From Candidatus Latescibacterota bacterium (lineage in GTDB: Bacteria > Latescibacterota > UBA2968 > GCA-2709665): DNA of 64,000 nucleotides. Positions 49,624 through 59,117 of this stretch are shown here, piece after piece. The position numbers were made by a program, and so were the translations under genes. The DNA is taken from the NCBI GenBank assembly GCA_965219455.1, contig OZ244744.1:4928001-4992000 (forward strand), read 5' to 3'. The stretch's first letter is position 1; every line of letters begins with the position of its first letter. A model generated the notes under the pieces. The model was not told the origin of the DNA. It saw only the letters and a program-made list of their open reading frames with translations, and searched no databases.

Positions 49624-49805
49624 GAAAGGGCCGCCGTCAGGATTCGGCAGGATCTTGGGTAAGAAGGATTCTGCAAGCGCCGTGTAAGGTGAATCACGGC
49701 GGTCGGAGACACGCGGAGGTCGCGTTGGGCGAGTCTCGCGCTAAGGGATTTCAGGTCAGGGATGTGGTTGGTGGGGTGGTGTGATGCTGCGCTGGAAAAT
49801 TCTAT

Positions 49806-49934
49806 CTACGTGACGATTACGTTCTGATGAAAGTCGCTCTGTGTGAACTGTCCATATGCCAATCCGGTCGCGAACCCAACGTTTTTCCGCGCAGGGATCA
49901 GCATGTCCAGCAAGTAGGCTTCACTTCGCCGCAT
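49806..49934 (-). pseudogene. HepT/DUF86 toxin, truncated
   Basis: MRRSEAYLLDML..AR....F..G...F, stops after 42 aa, before the RNxxxH motif. Confidence 0.7.
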
Positions 49935-50235
49935 AGATCGTCTCCGCCGATCCAAGTATGGCCTTCCGGCGGATGTAATTGCCGCTGGCCTCAACAGCGT
50001 CTCGTTCTAATAGGTCGGCCGGTCGACCGAACAATTCGGTCAATTCATCCTCCATGCGAACCATGTCCAGAAGTGTCGGGCGTGCCTTTACGTCGAAGCT
50101 GACAAGCAAATCGACATCGCTGTCGGGACCGGATTCGCCGCTTAACGCAGACCCGAACAACGCCAATTCGACGACCCCCCAGCGTTCGCAGAACTTTGCC
50201 AGTTCGTCGTTTTCAGTTTTGACGAGTGCGTTCAT
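49921..50235 (-). CDS. MNT nucleotidyltransferase antitoxin (MntA-like)
   Basis: LALFGSAL....GPDSDVDLLV.F, L.ELFGR..DL. Confidence 0.9.
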   Translation of the reverse strand: MNALVKTENDELAKFCERWGVVELALFGSALSGESGPDSDVDLLVSFDVKARPTLLDMVRMEDELTELFGRPADLLERDAVEASGNYIRRKAILGSAETIYAAK

Positions 50236-50393
50236 TTCTACTTTCCCAAACCAAGGGTCCGTATTGAATTCTGCGCCTTACAAACCTCGAATTAAGCTCA
50301 AATGCCAATTGCTGGAGTCACTGATCGGTCAATGGATGCTTCAATTCAAGGATCGCGTCCAAGACTCTGGTAAGTTGTTCAGGTGCCTTGGTC

Positions 50394-50960
50394 TTAGGCG
50401 GCTACGCCACCGTCCCGACCTCCACGGACAAGCAAATTGAATGCAATTTTCGGTCCCACGTACGTATGAATTTCAATATCCTTGTATGTTTCCCTTTGTA
50501 CAACGCCCGGCCGCGGTTTCACGCCCTGTTTATCGATTCTTGGATTGTACTTCGTCGCAATTATGTAATAACGTACCAAAGTGTTTTCGCTATTGAATTC
50601 GCTGGCAGAGTGTATCGCATATAATGCGCAAAGATACTCTAAAATCGGCAGTGACCACCGCAGTTGTACTTTGGGCTTCCCGTCGGCGTGAATTGTCTTT
50701 TTCAAATCAACCAATATCGCAACGCACGTATTCCGGTCTTCATAGACCAACAAGTAATCACAGTTCCGTTTCCATTCACCTTCTCTCAACCCCGATAGAC
50801 TACCGAGTCTATCCAGATTTATGGCCGTGACGTCCGGCGGAGTGTTAGCCACTTTGACTTCCATAACACCCTTTTCTCGAAGAATTATGCTACCGTCGCC
50901 GGCTATCGACACCAGAGCCTTCAGACCGAGAATTCTCCTCAGAAAAGCGGCGAACCCCAC
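50394..50960 (-). CDS. Hypothetical partner of the AAA ATPase
   Basis: Starts 1 bp after the ATPase stop; CDYLLV...ILVDLKK. Confidence 0.6.
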   Translation of the reverse strand: MGFAAFLRRILGLKALVSIAGDGSIILREKGVMEVKVANTPPDVTAINLDRLGSLSGLREGEWKRNCDYLLVYEDRNTCVAILVDLKKTIHADGKPKVQLRWSLPILEYLCALYAIHSASEFNSENTLVRYYIIATKYNPRIDKQGVKPRPGVVQRETYKDIEIHTYVGPKIAFNLLVRGGRDGGVAA

Positions 50961-50961
50961 T

Positions 50962-52410
50962 TCATTCCTCCGAGTCTTCCGAAATTCGAGACGCCAACTC
51001 GTTTGCTATCGAATTTATTTCGTCGATGGTTCTGTCGAAAACCGGCATATCGATGCCAAACTGATCAACATCACACCTCGTAAGCCCATTGTTCTCAGCT
51101 ACGTACGCACGAATTGCCGCCGGGTCCAGAGCATCGTCGGCACGATACTTGAGCTTCTTCCTGACCTCTTCTTTTTCAGCGACTGTGCTGTTCAGCATAA
51201 CCAGGTTGTTGATTTCCTTGATCAGGTAGTCACTATGCGTCGTGATGAGGACTTTCAAGCCTGCGCGTACGAATCGCGCCAACAATCGTGCTAGTAGTAT
51301 CTGGTTGGCGGTGTCGAGATGGCTTTCCGGCTCATCGACGATGAGAAGATGATTGCTGTTGGCAACGTGTCGTAGAAAGAAGTAAAAGTCCGATAAGCCT
51401 CGAGCGGATGAGGAAGCGATGTGCAACGGAATGTTAAAGCTGCGTCCCTTTCCCCGAGCCTTGGAGATGAATCGTATCTCGTCTCCGGACGCCCGGTAAT
51501 AGCCGCCCATCATGTCCTTGATTTCGTTGGCAAATTTGTGGGCGTGAAAATCGCTCTCCTGTGCTTGTATGTCTGGAATGCTCCGGGTGTAGTCGATGTT
51601 ATGTTTTATCGGGAGCGCGTACCGACTGGTGGCACCGTCAATGAACATAAATCTGGAACTCTTGCTCAATGCCTTGTCGTCGCCCATCTTCTGCAACATA
51701 TCGACCAACTGGTTCTTGGTGAAGTCGAGCTCTCTGTAGAACAGAGATATGCCGAAACGCTCAGCAGAAAGTATAAAGGTCTCGGACGGAAGTTCAGGAA
51801 ACAAAAAGCGAAGGTATAGGGACGAAAGTGCTTCGTCTAAATCCGACCGGCTCTGTGGCTGTTTGCCTTCCTCCATATCAAGGACAGCTTGTTCTCCGTC
51901 GTAACGGAGCGAAAGAATCGCTCCGTCAGAAAGTGTTGCCTCATAGATTTGCTCGTGGTCGCCGAAGTCCTGCGAGAATTTGACATCAAGCGTAGCACCA
52001 TCAAAAATGCCACGTGGCGAGCTGAAGACGCCCGGCAAACGAGTATTCGAAAACGTCCGGGTCATTTCACCCATGAACGCAGACCGGATTTCGTGTCGGG
52101 TCTTCCAATTTACCGGATGTTCAGCCTGGGCGATTTTTCGCATCCTGTTGGCGAGCCCCTCCTTGACAAAGTGAGCCGTGCCAGATGCGCTATCTGCATC
52201 CGCGATTAGTTCCGGCCATTCCTCGTACAGCTTCAGGAAAGCGTAGAGTGTATACGCTATGTAGGTCTTCCCGGTGTTGTTGCGGCCCGCAATTATAGTG
52301 ATGTCTCCCAACTCCAGTTCCGCATCCTTGACGGGTCCGATGTTTCTGAATCGAAACTTCGCTGGTTTCAATTTGGATTTTCCGGCATCCTGCGTTTCGG
52401 CTGTTGTCAT
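50962..52410 (-). CDS. AAA_15/AAA_21-type ABC ATPase
   Basis: F.NIGPV, GRNNTGKT, ASSSAR, LIVDEPESHL, ITTHS. Confidence 0.88.
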   Translation of the reverse strand: MTTAETQDAGKSKLKPAKFRFRNIGPVKDAELELGDITIIAGRNNTGKTYIAYTLYAFLKLYEEWPELIADADSASGTAHFVKEGLANRMRKIAQAEHPVNWKTRHEIRSAFMGEMTRTFSNTRLPGVFSSPRGIFDGATLDVKFSQDFGDHEQIYEATLSDGAILSLRYDGEQAVLDMEEGKQPQSRSDLDEALSSLYLRFLFPELPSETFILSAERFGISLFYRELDFTKNQLVDMLQKMGDDKALSKSSRFMFIDGATSRYALPIKHNIDYTRSIPDIQAQESDFHAHKFANEIKDMMGGYYRASGDEIRFISKARGKGRSFNIPLHIASSSARGLSDFYFFLRHVANSNHLLIVDEPESHLDTANQILLARLLARFVRAGLKVLITTHSDYLIKEINNLVMLNSTVAEKEEVRKKLKYRADDALDPAAIRAYVAENNGLTRCDVDQFGIDMPVFDRTIDEINSIANELASRISEDSEE

Positions 52411-52688
52411 GGTGATGCCTCTCAGATGGATGCGAAGACTTCCGCAATCTTCAGGCTATCGATGCCGCGGCCGGCTACGATTTCGACGGTGACGTTTTGT
52501 GTTCTTCGCTTTTGAACTGCGGGAGAAGCCTGTGCGTCGGTTGGCTTGATACTATACGGTGTCGATATGTCCTGTCAGCTGATTGCTAAATGCAGGTCGT
52601 TGGCCAGTCCAAATCTGCCTGTTGGTCGGTCAAACAACCAAATCGTTGATTATATACACCCCAATGCGTCTAAGGTCAACCCAAAACT

Positions 52689-52718
52689 AGAATAGAGGTC
52701 TGTATCGACCTCTATTCT
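52689..52718 (-). terminator. Perfect 12-bp hairpin, possible terminator of the imu-SRAP operon
   Basis: AGAATAGAGGTC-TGTATC-GACCTCTATTCT. Confidence 0.45.
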
Positions 52719-52892
52719 TAATTCGTTATATATGATTGTTATTTTTTGTCTTACATGTAATATCTGCATTCAGCGTTTCGGTCGGGGACGCAATCTACCA
52801 GGTGAATCGGCAACGCAGGGGCCGATTTTCCTCCGGCATCCAATTCGCAGCGCAGTCTGCCTTTTTGCTGTAAGTGATTTTCCTCGTTTAGC

Positions 52893-53579
52893 TCAGAACA
52901 GGCGTTGTTGGGACATGGGCGTGAGAATATCCGGGTCGTCGTTCCGGACGCTGTTTACGCGGGTGCTGACGGCGCGTATTTCGTACGGTCCCGCTCGGGG
53001 TTCGCGGACCAGGTCGAGGAGCGTGTCCGCGAATGACGCGGTGTCGAGCCAGACCGAGAAATGTTCGGGATTGATGATGGCCGGTTGCCGGTGGTGGATG
53101 TCCGCAAGCGGCGCGTCGGCGTCGGTGGTGATGATCGTAAAGGTTTGGAGGGATTCGCCGCCTCTGTCCCAGTTTTCCCAGAGTGCGGCGAACGATAGCG
53201 GAGATCCGTCCGCGAGCGACAGGAAGTAGGGCTGTTTGCCGTGGCCCGCCCGCTGCCACTCGAACCAGCCGTCGGCCGGCACCAGGCACCGCCGTGAGCG
53301 GAAGGCGGCGCCGAATGCCGGTTTTTCGTGGACGGTCTCGGCCCGCGCGTTGATCATGCGCGCGCCCATTCTGATGTCTTTGGCCCACGAGGGCACCAGG
53401 CCCCATCGGAGCCTGGCGATGACCCGGTTGCCGTTTTCGTCCGGCAGGCAGATGGCGAAGTCCTGGGTCGGCGCGCCGTTGTAGCGCGGTTGCATGTGTG
53501 GCGGCGCCAGGGGTTCGGCCAGGGCGTAAAGCTCGTGGAGTTCGCGCCAGGTCATCATCTGGGTGAAGCGGCCGCACAT
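52893..53579 (-). CDS. SOS response-associated peptidase (SRAP/YedK)
   Basis: MCGRF, RYN.APTQ, WGL.P.W, INARAET, IH.R.P. Confidence 0.93.
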   Translation of the reverse strand: MCGRFTQMMTWRELHELYALAEPLAPPHMQPRYNGAPTQDFAICLPDENGNRVIARLRWGLVPSWAKDIRMGARMINARAETVHEKPAFGAAFRSRRCLVPADGWFEWQRAGHGKQPYFLSLADGSPLSFAALWENWDRGGESLQTFTIITTDADAPLADIHHRQPAIINPEHFSVWLDTASFADTLLDLVREPRAGPYEIRAVSTRVNSVRNDDPDILTPMSQQRLF

Positions 53580-53672
53580 AGGATCATCTCCTCTGGTTCT
53601 CCTACCGACCCGGTAACGTCTTCCAGGTTGCGCTGGCTGCACCGTGCAATTTCGGCCTTCCGGGAAATGGTG

Positions 53673-56600
53673 TCAATGGAAATCCCGGCTCTTGGCCTGG
53701 ACCGCCCCGGTATCCAGCTTCGGCTTCCAGATTTTTTCAACCACCAGGTGGGTTACCCCCTCTCCCACCTGCAGTTTTCCGGTCACGCCCATGCAGGAAA
53801 GCGTTTTGGCCGGCAGGGAATAGCGTTTGAAAGTCCTTTCCCAGATAACCAGGTTCACAAACCCCGTCTCATCCTCCAGGGTCATGAAGGTGACGCCTTT
53901 TGCGGTTCCCGGGCGCTGGCGGCAGATGACCATCCCCGCGTATCGGACCCGGCGTCCGTCCTGCATCCGGTTGATCTGGCGCGCCGTGGGCAGCCTCCGG
54001 GCGGCCAGCGCGGAGCGCAGCGGCTTCAGGAGGTGTCCCCGCGTGCTGTGGTCGGCGGCCTGATGGTCCCAGACAACGGTCTCCAACCCGCTCAGGAGAG
54101 GGAACCGGGGCGGCGAAACGTGGTTGTTCAGTGGCAGCGCGGGTTCCCGTGGGGTTGCGACACCGTGAATCCGCCAGAGCGCGCCGCGTCGGTCCAGCCC
54201 GAAGCACTCGAAGGCGCCCGCCTCGGCCAGGGCCTCCAGCTTGTCCTGGCGAAGCCCGCTCCGCCGGGCGACGTCTTCCAGATCCTGAAAAGGGCGCTCC
54301 CTCACGGCGGCCGAGAGCCGGCGTCCGTCCGCATCGCCCAGTCCGCTGACGTAACGCAGCCCCATGCGCACGGCGAACGGAGCGGGCGACGTTTGGGATC
54401 GAGCCGGCTCGAGGGTGCAGTCCCAGCGGCTCTCACGCAGGCAAACGGGCCGCACGGAGATCCCGTGCCTCCGGGCGTCGTTCACGATGGTAGCGGGCTC
54501 GTAAAACCCCATCGGCTGGGCATTCAGCAGGGCGCAGACGAACGCCGCCGGATAGTGGCATTTGAGATAGGCGGTGGCATAGGCGATATGGGCAAAGCTG
54601 GCGGCATGGCTCTCGGGAAAGCCGTAGTCGCCGAAGCCGCGGATCTGATTGAAGATGCGTTCGGCAAATTCGTGTTCGATGCCCTTTTTGACCATGCGGG
54701 TAACGAGGCGGCGATGGTGCCGCTCGATGCGTCCGGAACGTCGCCATGCCGCCATATCCCGCCTGAGCTGATCGGCTTCGCCGGGGGTGTAGTCGGCCGC
54801 AACCATGGCCAGTTGCATCACCTGCTCCTGAAACAGAGGAATGCCCAGGGTTTTCTTGAGAACGGGAACGAGGGAAGGATGGGGATATTCGACTACTTCG
54901 TCCCCGTTGCGCCGTCGCAGGTAGGGATGCACCATGCCGCCCGTGATGGGTCCGGGACGCACAATGCTGATCTCGATCACCAGGTCGTAATAACTGCGCG
55001 GCTTGAGGCGCCCCAGCATGGCCATCTGCGCCCGGCTTTCGATCTGAAACACCCCTACGGTATCGCTGCGGCAGATCATTTCGAAGGTCGCCGCATCGGC
55101 CCGGGGAAGGGTGGCCAGAGACAGGTCCTGCCCACGGTGCCGCCGCAGGAGATCGAAGCAGAGATGCAGATGGGTGAGGGCGCCCAGTCCCAGCAGGTCT
55201 ACCTTGAACAGACCGGCCTGCTCCACGTCTTCCTTGTCCCACTGAATGACCGTTCTGCCATCCATGGTGGCATTCTCGATGGGCACCAGTTCGTGGACGG
55301 GACGATGGCCCAGCAGAAAGCCGCCGGGGTGTATGGAGAGATGGCGGGGAAAATCCTGGATCTCTTCCACCAGGGAAGCGAGATGGCGAAGGGCCGGGTT
55401 CCGGGGATCGAGCCCGGCCTGCGCAATGAAGGTGTCGCTCCAGCTTTCATGGGACACCAGTTTGGCCAGGCGGTCCAGGCTGGTTGCTGAAATCTCCAGC
55501 GCCTTGCCCACTTCCCGGATGGCGGATCGGTACCGGTAACGCACCACGTTGGACACCATCGCCGCGCGTTCGCGTCCGTATTTTTCGTACATATGCTGGA
55601 TCACTTCTTCCCTGCGGTTGTGTTCGATATCCAGGTCGATATCCGGAGGCTCCGCCCTCTCCCTGGACAGAAAGCGTTCGAAGAGAAGTTCCACCTGGGT
55701 CGGATCCACGCTGGTGATCCCCAGGGCGAAGCAGACCGCTGAGTTGGCGGCCGACCCCCGACCCTGGCAGAGGATTTTTTGACGGTGGCAGTACTCGACG
55801 ATCTCGTACATGGTCAGGAAGTAGCCTTCGTATTCCAGTTCCTGGATCAGCTCGAGTTCCTTCTCCAATTGTGGAATCTGGTCCTGGAACTTTTCGCCCA
55901 TCCGGCGGGCGGCCCCCTCGAACGTCCGGTTGCGCAGGTACTGGATGGAAGTCTTGCCCTCCGGCACGCGTTCCAGCGGATAGCGGTAACGCAGTTCCTG
56001 GAGCGAGAAGGAACAGCGGTCGGCAATTTCCCGGGTTCGTCTGACCGATTCCGGATCGTCGATAAAGAGGCGGGCCAGATCGTTCGGACGCTTCAGGGCG
56101 TGCTGGTCGTTCGGCTGGATGTGCCGGCCCGCCGTGGACAGGGTCACGCCTTTCCGGATACAGGTCAGGACGTCCTGCAGGCGCCGCCGTTCGGGAGCGT
56201 GATAGAGGACCTCCACGGCGGCCACGGTGGGAAGGCCGAACCGGTCCGCCAGTTCCCGGAGCCGAATTTCCTGCAGAAATTCCTCCGCTCGACGGTGTCT
56301 GGCCAACAGGATGTACAGGCGTTCCCCAAATGCCGTTTTGAGCTGTTCCAGCACGGGCTCCGGGCCGCCCTCCGCGGGAGCTTCCGGCACGGACTGGCCG
56401 ATCCACAGGGCGATCAGACCGGGATTGTAGCGACACACCTCCGGCAAGTTCAGCCCGCACGCTCCCTTGGAGGAACGCAGATGCCCGTCGGTCAGCAGGC
56501 GGCAGAGATTGCCGTAGCCCTTCCGGTTCTGGGCCAGCAACAGGATCTCCGATCCATCCTGGAGGCCGATCTGCGATCCTGCGATCAGGTGAATGCCCGC

Positions 56601-56822
56601 CTGGCGGGCCTGAACGTGAGCCCTGACGATCCCGTACACGCCGTTCCGGTCGGTGAGCGCCATGGCGGGAAGGCCGTTCTGCCGGCAGCCCTCGACCAGT
56701 TCCTCGGGATGGCTGGCGCCTTCCAGAAAGGAATAGTTGCTCTTGCACCAGAGGGGGACGTAGGGCGGATCGGAGGCGGGCGCCCGGGCGCCGTTCCGGC
56801 CCGGAGCCAATGGTCCGTTCAT
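53673..56822 (-). CDS. dnaE2: Error-prone DNA polymerase DnaE2 (ImuC)
   Basis: SNYSFLEGASHPEEL, GRGSAANS, EPPDIDLD, YGFPESHAASF, C-terminal SRDFH. Confidence 0.95.
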   Translation of the reverse strand: MNGPLAPGRNGARAPASDPPYVPLWCKSNYSFLEGASHPEELVEGCRQNGLPAMALTDRNGVYGIVRAHVQARQAGIHLIAGSQIGLQDGSEILLLAQNRKGYGNLCRLLTDGHLRSSKGACGLNLPEVCRYNPGLIALWIGQSVPEAPAEGGPEPVLEQLKTAFGERLYILLARHRRAEEFLQEIRLRELADRFGLPTVAAVEVLYHAPERRRLQDVLTCIRKGVTLSTAGRHIQPNDQHALKRPNDLARLFIDDPESVRRTREIADRCSFSLQELRYRYPLERVPEGKTSIQYLRNRTFEGAARRMGEKFQDQIPQLEKELELIQELEYEGYFLTMYEIVEYCHRQKILCQGRGSAANSAVCFALGITSVDPTQVELLFERFLSRERAEPPDIDLDIEHNRREEVIQHMYEKYGRERAAMVSNVVRYRYRSAIREVGKALEISATSLDRLAKLVSHESWSDTFIAQAGLDPRNPALRHLASLVEEIQDFPRHLSIHPGGFLLGHRPVHELVPIENATMDGRTVIQWDKEDVEQAGLFKVDLLGLGALTHLHLCFDLLRRHRGQDLSLATLPRADAATFEMICRSDTVGVFQIESRAQMAMLGRLKPRSYYDLVIEISIVRPGPITGGMVHPYLRRRNGDEVVEYPHPSLVPVLKKTLGIPLFQEQVMQLAMVAADYTPGEADQLRRDMAAWRRSGRIERHHRRLVTRMVKKGIEHEFAERIFNQIRGFGDYGFPESHAASFAHIAYATAYLKCHYPAAFVCALLNAQPMGFYEPATIVNDARRHGISVRPVCLRESRWDCTLEPARSQTSPAPFAVRMGLRYVSGLGDADGRRLSAAVRERPFQDLEDVARRSGLRQDKLEALAEAGAFECFGLDRRGALWRIHGVATPREPALPLNNHVSPPRFPLLSGLETVVWDHQAADHSTRGHLLKPLRSALAARRLPTARQINRMQDGRRVRYAGMVICRQRPGTAKGVTFMTLEDETGFVNLVIWERTFKRYSLPAKTLSCMGVTGKLQVGEGVTHLVVEKIWKPKLDTGAVQAKSRDFH

Positions 56823-56874
56823 GGTTTCCGTCCTTCTTGATGATCGGATGCGTCCCGGCGCCTGGCGGGTGCGG

Positions 56875-58377
56875 TCACTCGACGCGGCCCTGGGCGTACC
56901 AGCGATGCATTTGCTGGTCGTAATAGATCCAGAGGCGTTCTCCCCGATGGGTCTTGATGAACCCATAGTCTCTCCGGATCTCCCGATGCCACCATTCTCC
57001 ACTGATCGCATGTCCCGGCGGATGCCCCGCGCCCGGCGACGGCTTCCGGTTTTTCGCATGGTAAAGGGAAGCCCCTTCCAGAAGTTTGGGGCAGGCGTGG
57101 ACGCGTCGCACCAGGGGGCGCACGGGGACCGGTTGGGGACTGGCTGCGGCAAGCTTCTTGAAGGGCTGCCACTCGAAACGGGCTTCCGGCAGGTGCCCCG
57201 ATTTGAGACGGGCCGACAGCACGGAATCGGGGCCGAACTCGGCGCGAACCCGGGCCAGGGCATCCAGGGCCGCTTCAATATTTCGGCGTGGATTCTGCTG
57301 CAGCAGGTTCAGTGTTTCGGCGGAGACGTACACGCCCTCCACCTCGAGGACCAATTCCACCGGAGGAGCGCGGAAAGAGACCGTCTCCAGGTGCAAACGG
57401 AGCAGGTCCAGGAGGACCGGCGCCTCCAGGGTCGGCCTTGCCGGTTGGATGCGCTGACGATGACGGTCTCCGTCTTCCAGCAGCAGTTGCAGATGCAGGG
57501 CCGCCACCGCCTGGCACCTTGCCGCCGTCGCCCGCAACAGGGGGTCCAGCCGCCGACGGATCCAGAAAAGGAGTCTCTGGGCATTGGATTCGGGCTCGTC
57601 CAGGTCCATCCGGGTGCGGAGGGGCTCGGGGATCTTTTGGGATTGGACCGGCAGCGACAGCGTTCCCGACGCAAAACGGTAGAGGCTCCAGGCCTGGTCG
57701 CCGAGGTGGTGCGCGATGCCGCCCGCGGGAAGCTCCAGGAAGTCGCGCACGGTATGAACCGCCAGTTTTTCGAGCCGGTCGCGCAGCTTCGGGTCGATTT
57801 GCAGATGCAGCAGCCGCACCATGCGGCTTTCCGTCTCCTCGACCTCGAGGGAAGGGAACACGGTCACCCGGCTCGTTGACTTGGCGATGGCATAGCTGCC
57901 GAAACGGCTGAAGCCGACGACGATGCTGGCCTTCAGCGCCAGCCGGGAGAGGTGGGAGTCGATCTGTCTGGCCCAGTCTTCGAGAGAGGTATGGAGCTTG
58001 TCGAGGCCGCTGGCATCGACCCAGAAAATCCCGGGCTCGTCGTCGCAGGGCTCGATCCGGGGGCTGAAACGGTCCAGAAGCCGGTGAACCTGCCGCACCG
58101 CGGCCTGGATTTCCCTCTCGGAAACCGTTTCCGCGCACAGGTTCCGGTCCAGTGAGAGGGCGGAGGCATAGCGCATTCCCGTGCGGATGCCGGCCCGGTC
58201 GGCCGCCGGGTTCGTCCAGAGGATGGGGCTCTGGGGATTCTCTTTTTCCACCACCGCGACCGGCCTCCGCCTCCACTCCGGGTGTCTCCTCAGCAGGAGT
58301 TGCAGCGGCAGCGCCCGGATATTAATGCAGGCCGTCCGGCCCGCGGCAGATTTCGGTGTGGCGCCAACCCGGTCCAT
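56875..58377 (-). CDS. imuB: Y-family polymerase-like ImuB
   Basis: GIRTGM...A, FSPRIE, H.PE, GEWW...RRDY, LWIY; lies between imuA and dnaE2. Confidence 0.85.
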   Translation of the reverse strand: MDRVGATPKSAAGRTACINIRALPLQLLLRRHPEWRRRPVAVVEKENPQSPILWTNPAADRAGIRTGMRYASALSLDRNLCAETVSEREIQAAVRQVHRLLDRFSPRIEPCDDEPGIFWVDASGLDKLHTSLEDWARQIDSHLSRLALKASIVVGFSRFGSYAIAKSTSRVTVFPSLEVEETESRMVRLLHLQIDPKLRDRLEKLAVHTVRDFLELPAGGIAHHLGDQAWSLYRFASGTLSLPVQSQKIPEPLRTRMDLDEPESNAQRLLFWIRRRLDPLLRATAARCQAVAALHLQLLLEDGDRHRQRIQPARPTLEAPVLLDLLRLHLETVSFRAPPVELVLEVEGVYVSAETLNLLQQNPRRNIEAALDALARVRAEFGPDSVLSARLKSGHLPEARFEWQPFKKLAAASPQPVPVRPLVRRVHACPKLLEGASLYHAKNRKPSPGAGHPPGHAISGEWWHREIRRDYGFIKTHRGERLWIYYDQQMHRWYAQGRVE

Positions 58378-58987
58378 GACGTCTGTCCTTCAAAATCTCG
58401 ATGTCGTATTGGAAGCGGTCGACCCCCAGACGCCGGCAGGAGGATTGCCCTCGCAGACAGACCATCGGTCCCAGCGAAGGCGTCTCCCTGGCTTTTGAGG
58501 TCAGGCAGAGCAGGGCGGTGTCGTGGGCCCGCGCCAGGTGGGCCAGGCGCGCCTGCAGCGGAAACGGAATTGTGGGATCGGAGTGCAGGTCCATCACCAT
58601 CAGGCCAAAGGCGCCCGACCTCAGGAGCCGGTCCGCCGAGCGCGCCGAGGACTGGGCATCGGGCACGTGGATGACGACGAGGGCATTCAGGTCCACGCCG
58701 TTTTCGGCTGCATCGGGGGCGAAGAAGGTATCCGGCGTGGCCGTGATCCAGGCCACCGGCTCATGCCCGAGCTGCGCATCCAGCACCAGCCGGAAGGCAG
58801 CCGTGAGCAGACCGGCTCCTGAATTGGAGGAGAGTTCGCAGAGGCGCCCGGCCAACTGCGCCAGCGACCAGCGCGGCGTTTTCGTTCGGGTCCTGATCCT
58901 GTTCAAATCGGCCCGGAGGTGCTGTAACCCGCTGTCCTGCAAGGCTGAAAAGCGTTCTCGTCTGATGTTGTCCGATACACCCTGCAC
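58322..58987 (-). CDS. imuA: RecA-like ImuA
   Basis: GRLCEL, AWI, F.PDAAENGVDL, LLRSGAFGL.V.D. Confidence 0.82.
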   Translation of the reverse strand: MQGVSDNIRRERFSALQDSGLQHLRADLNRIRTRTKTPRWSLAQLAGRLCELSSNSGAGLLTAAFRLVLDAQLGHEPVAWITATPDTFFAPDAAENGVDLNALVVIHVPDAQSSARSADRLLRSGAFGLMVMDLHSDPTIPFPLQARLAHLARAHDTALLCLTSKARETPSLGPMVCLRGQSSCRRLGVDRFQYDIEILKDRRHGPGWRHTEICRGPDGLH

Positions 58988-59051
58988 TTCGATGACCTTT
59001 CCCGGGAGTGAAAACGGTTCTGCGTTCTCCTGAAGGAACGTTCATAAACAA

Positions 59052-59078
59052 AAAACAGACATATGTCTGTTTTGTCAA
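59052..59078 (-). promoter_or_regulatory. -35 box TTGACA abutting a perfect 22-bp palindrome (candidate LexA operator)
   Basis: AAAACAGACAT|ATGTCTGTTTT at 59052-59073; minus-strand TTGACA at 59078-59073. Confidence 0.65.
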
Positions 59079-59117
59079 GTGTTTTCTTCCGACTTTATTT
59101 TCCACTGTGTTCCGGTT

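Noticed and set aside
56823-57278. 152-aa N-terminal extension of DnaE2
   Set aside because: Overlaps imuB; the ATG at 56822 with an upstream purine-rich RBS fits the family start.
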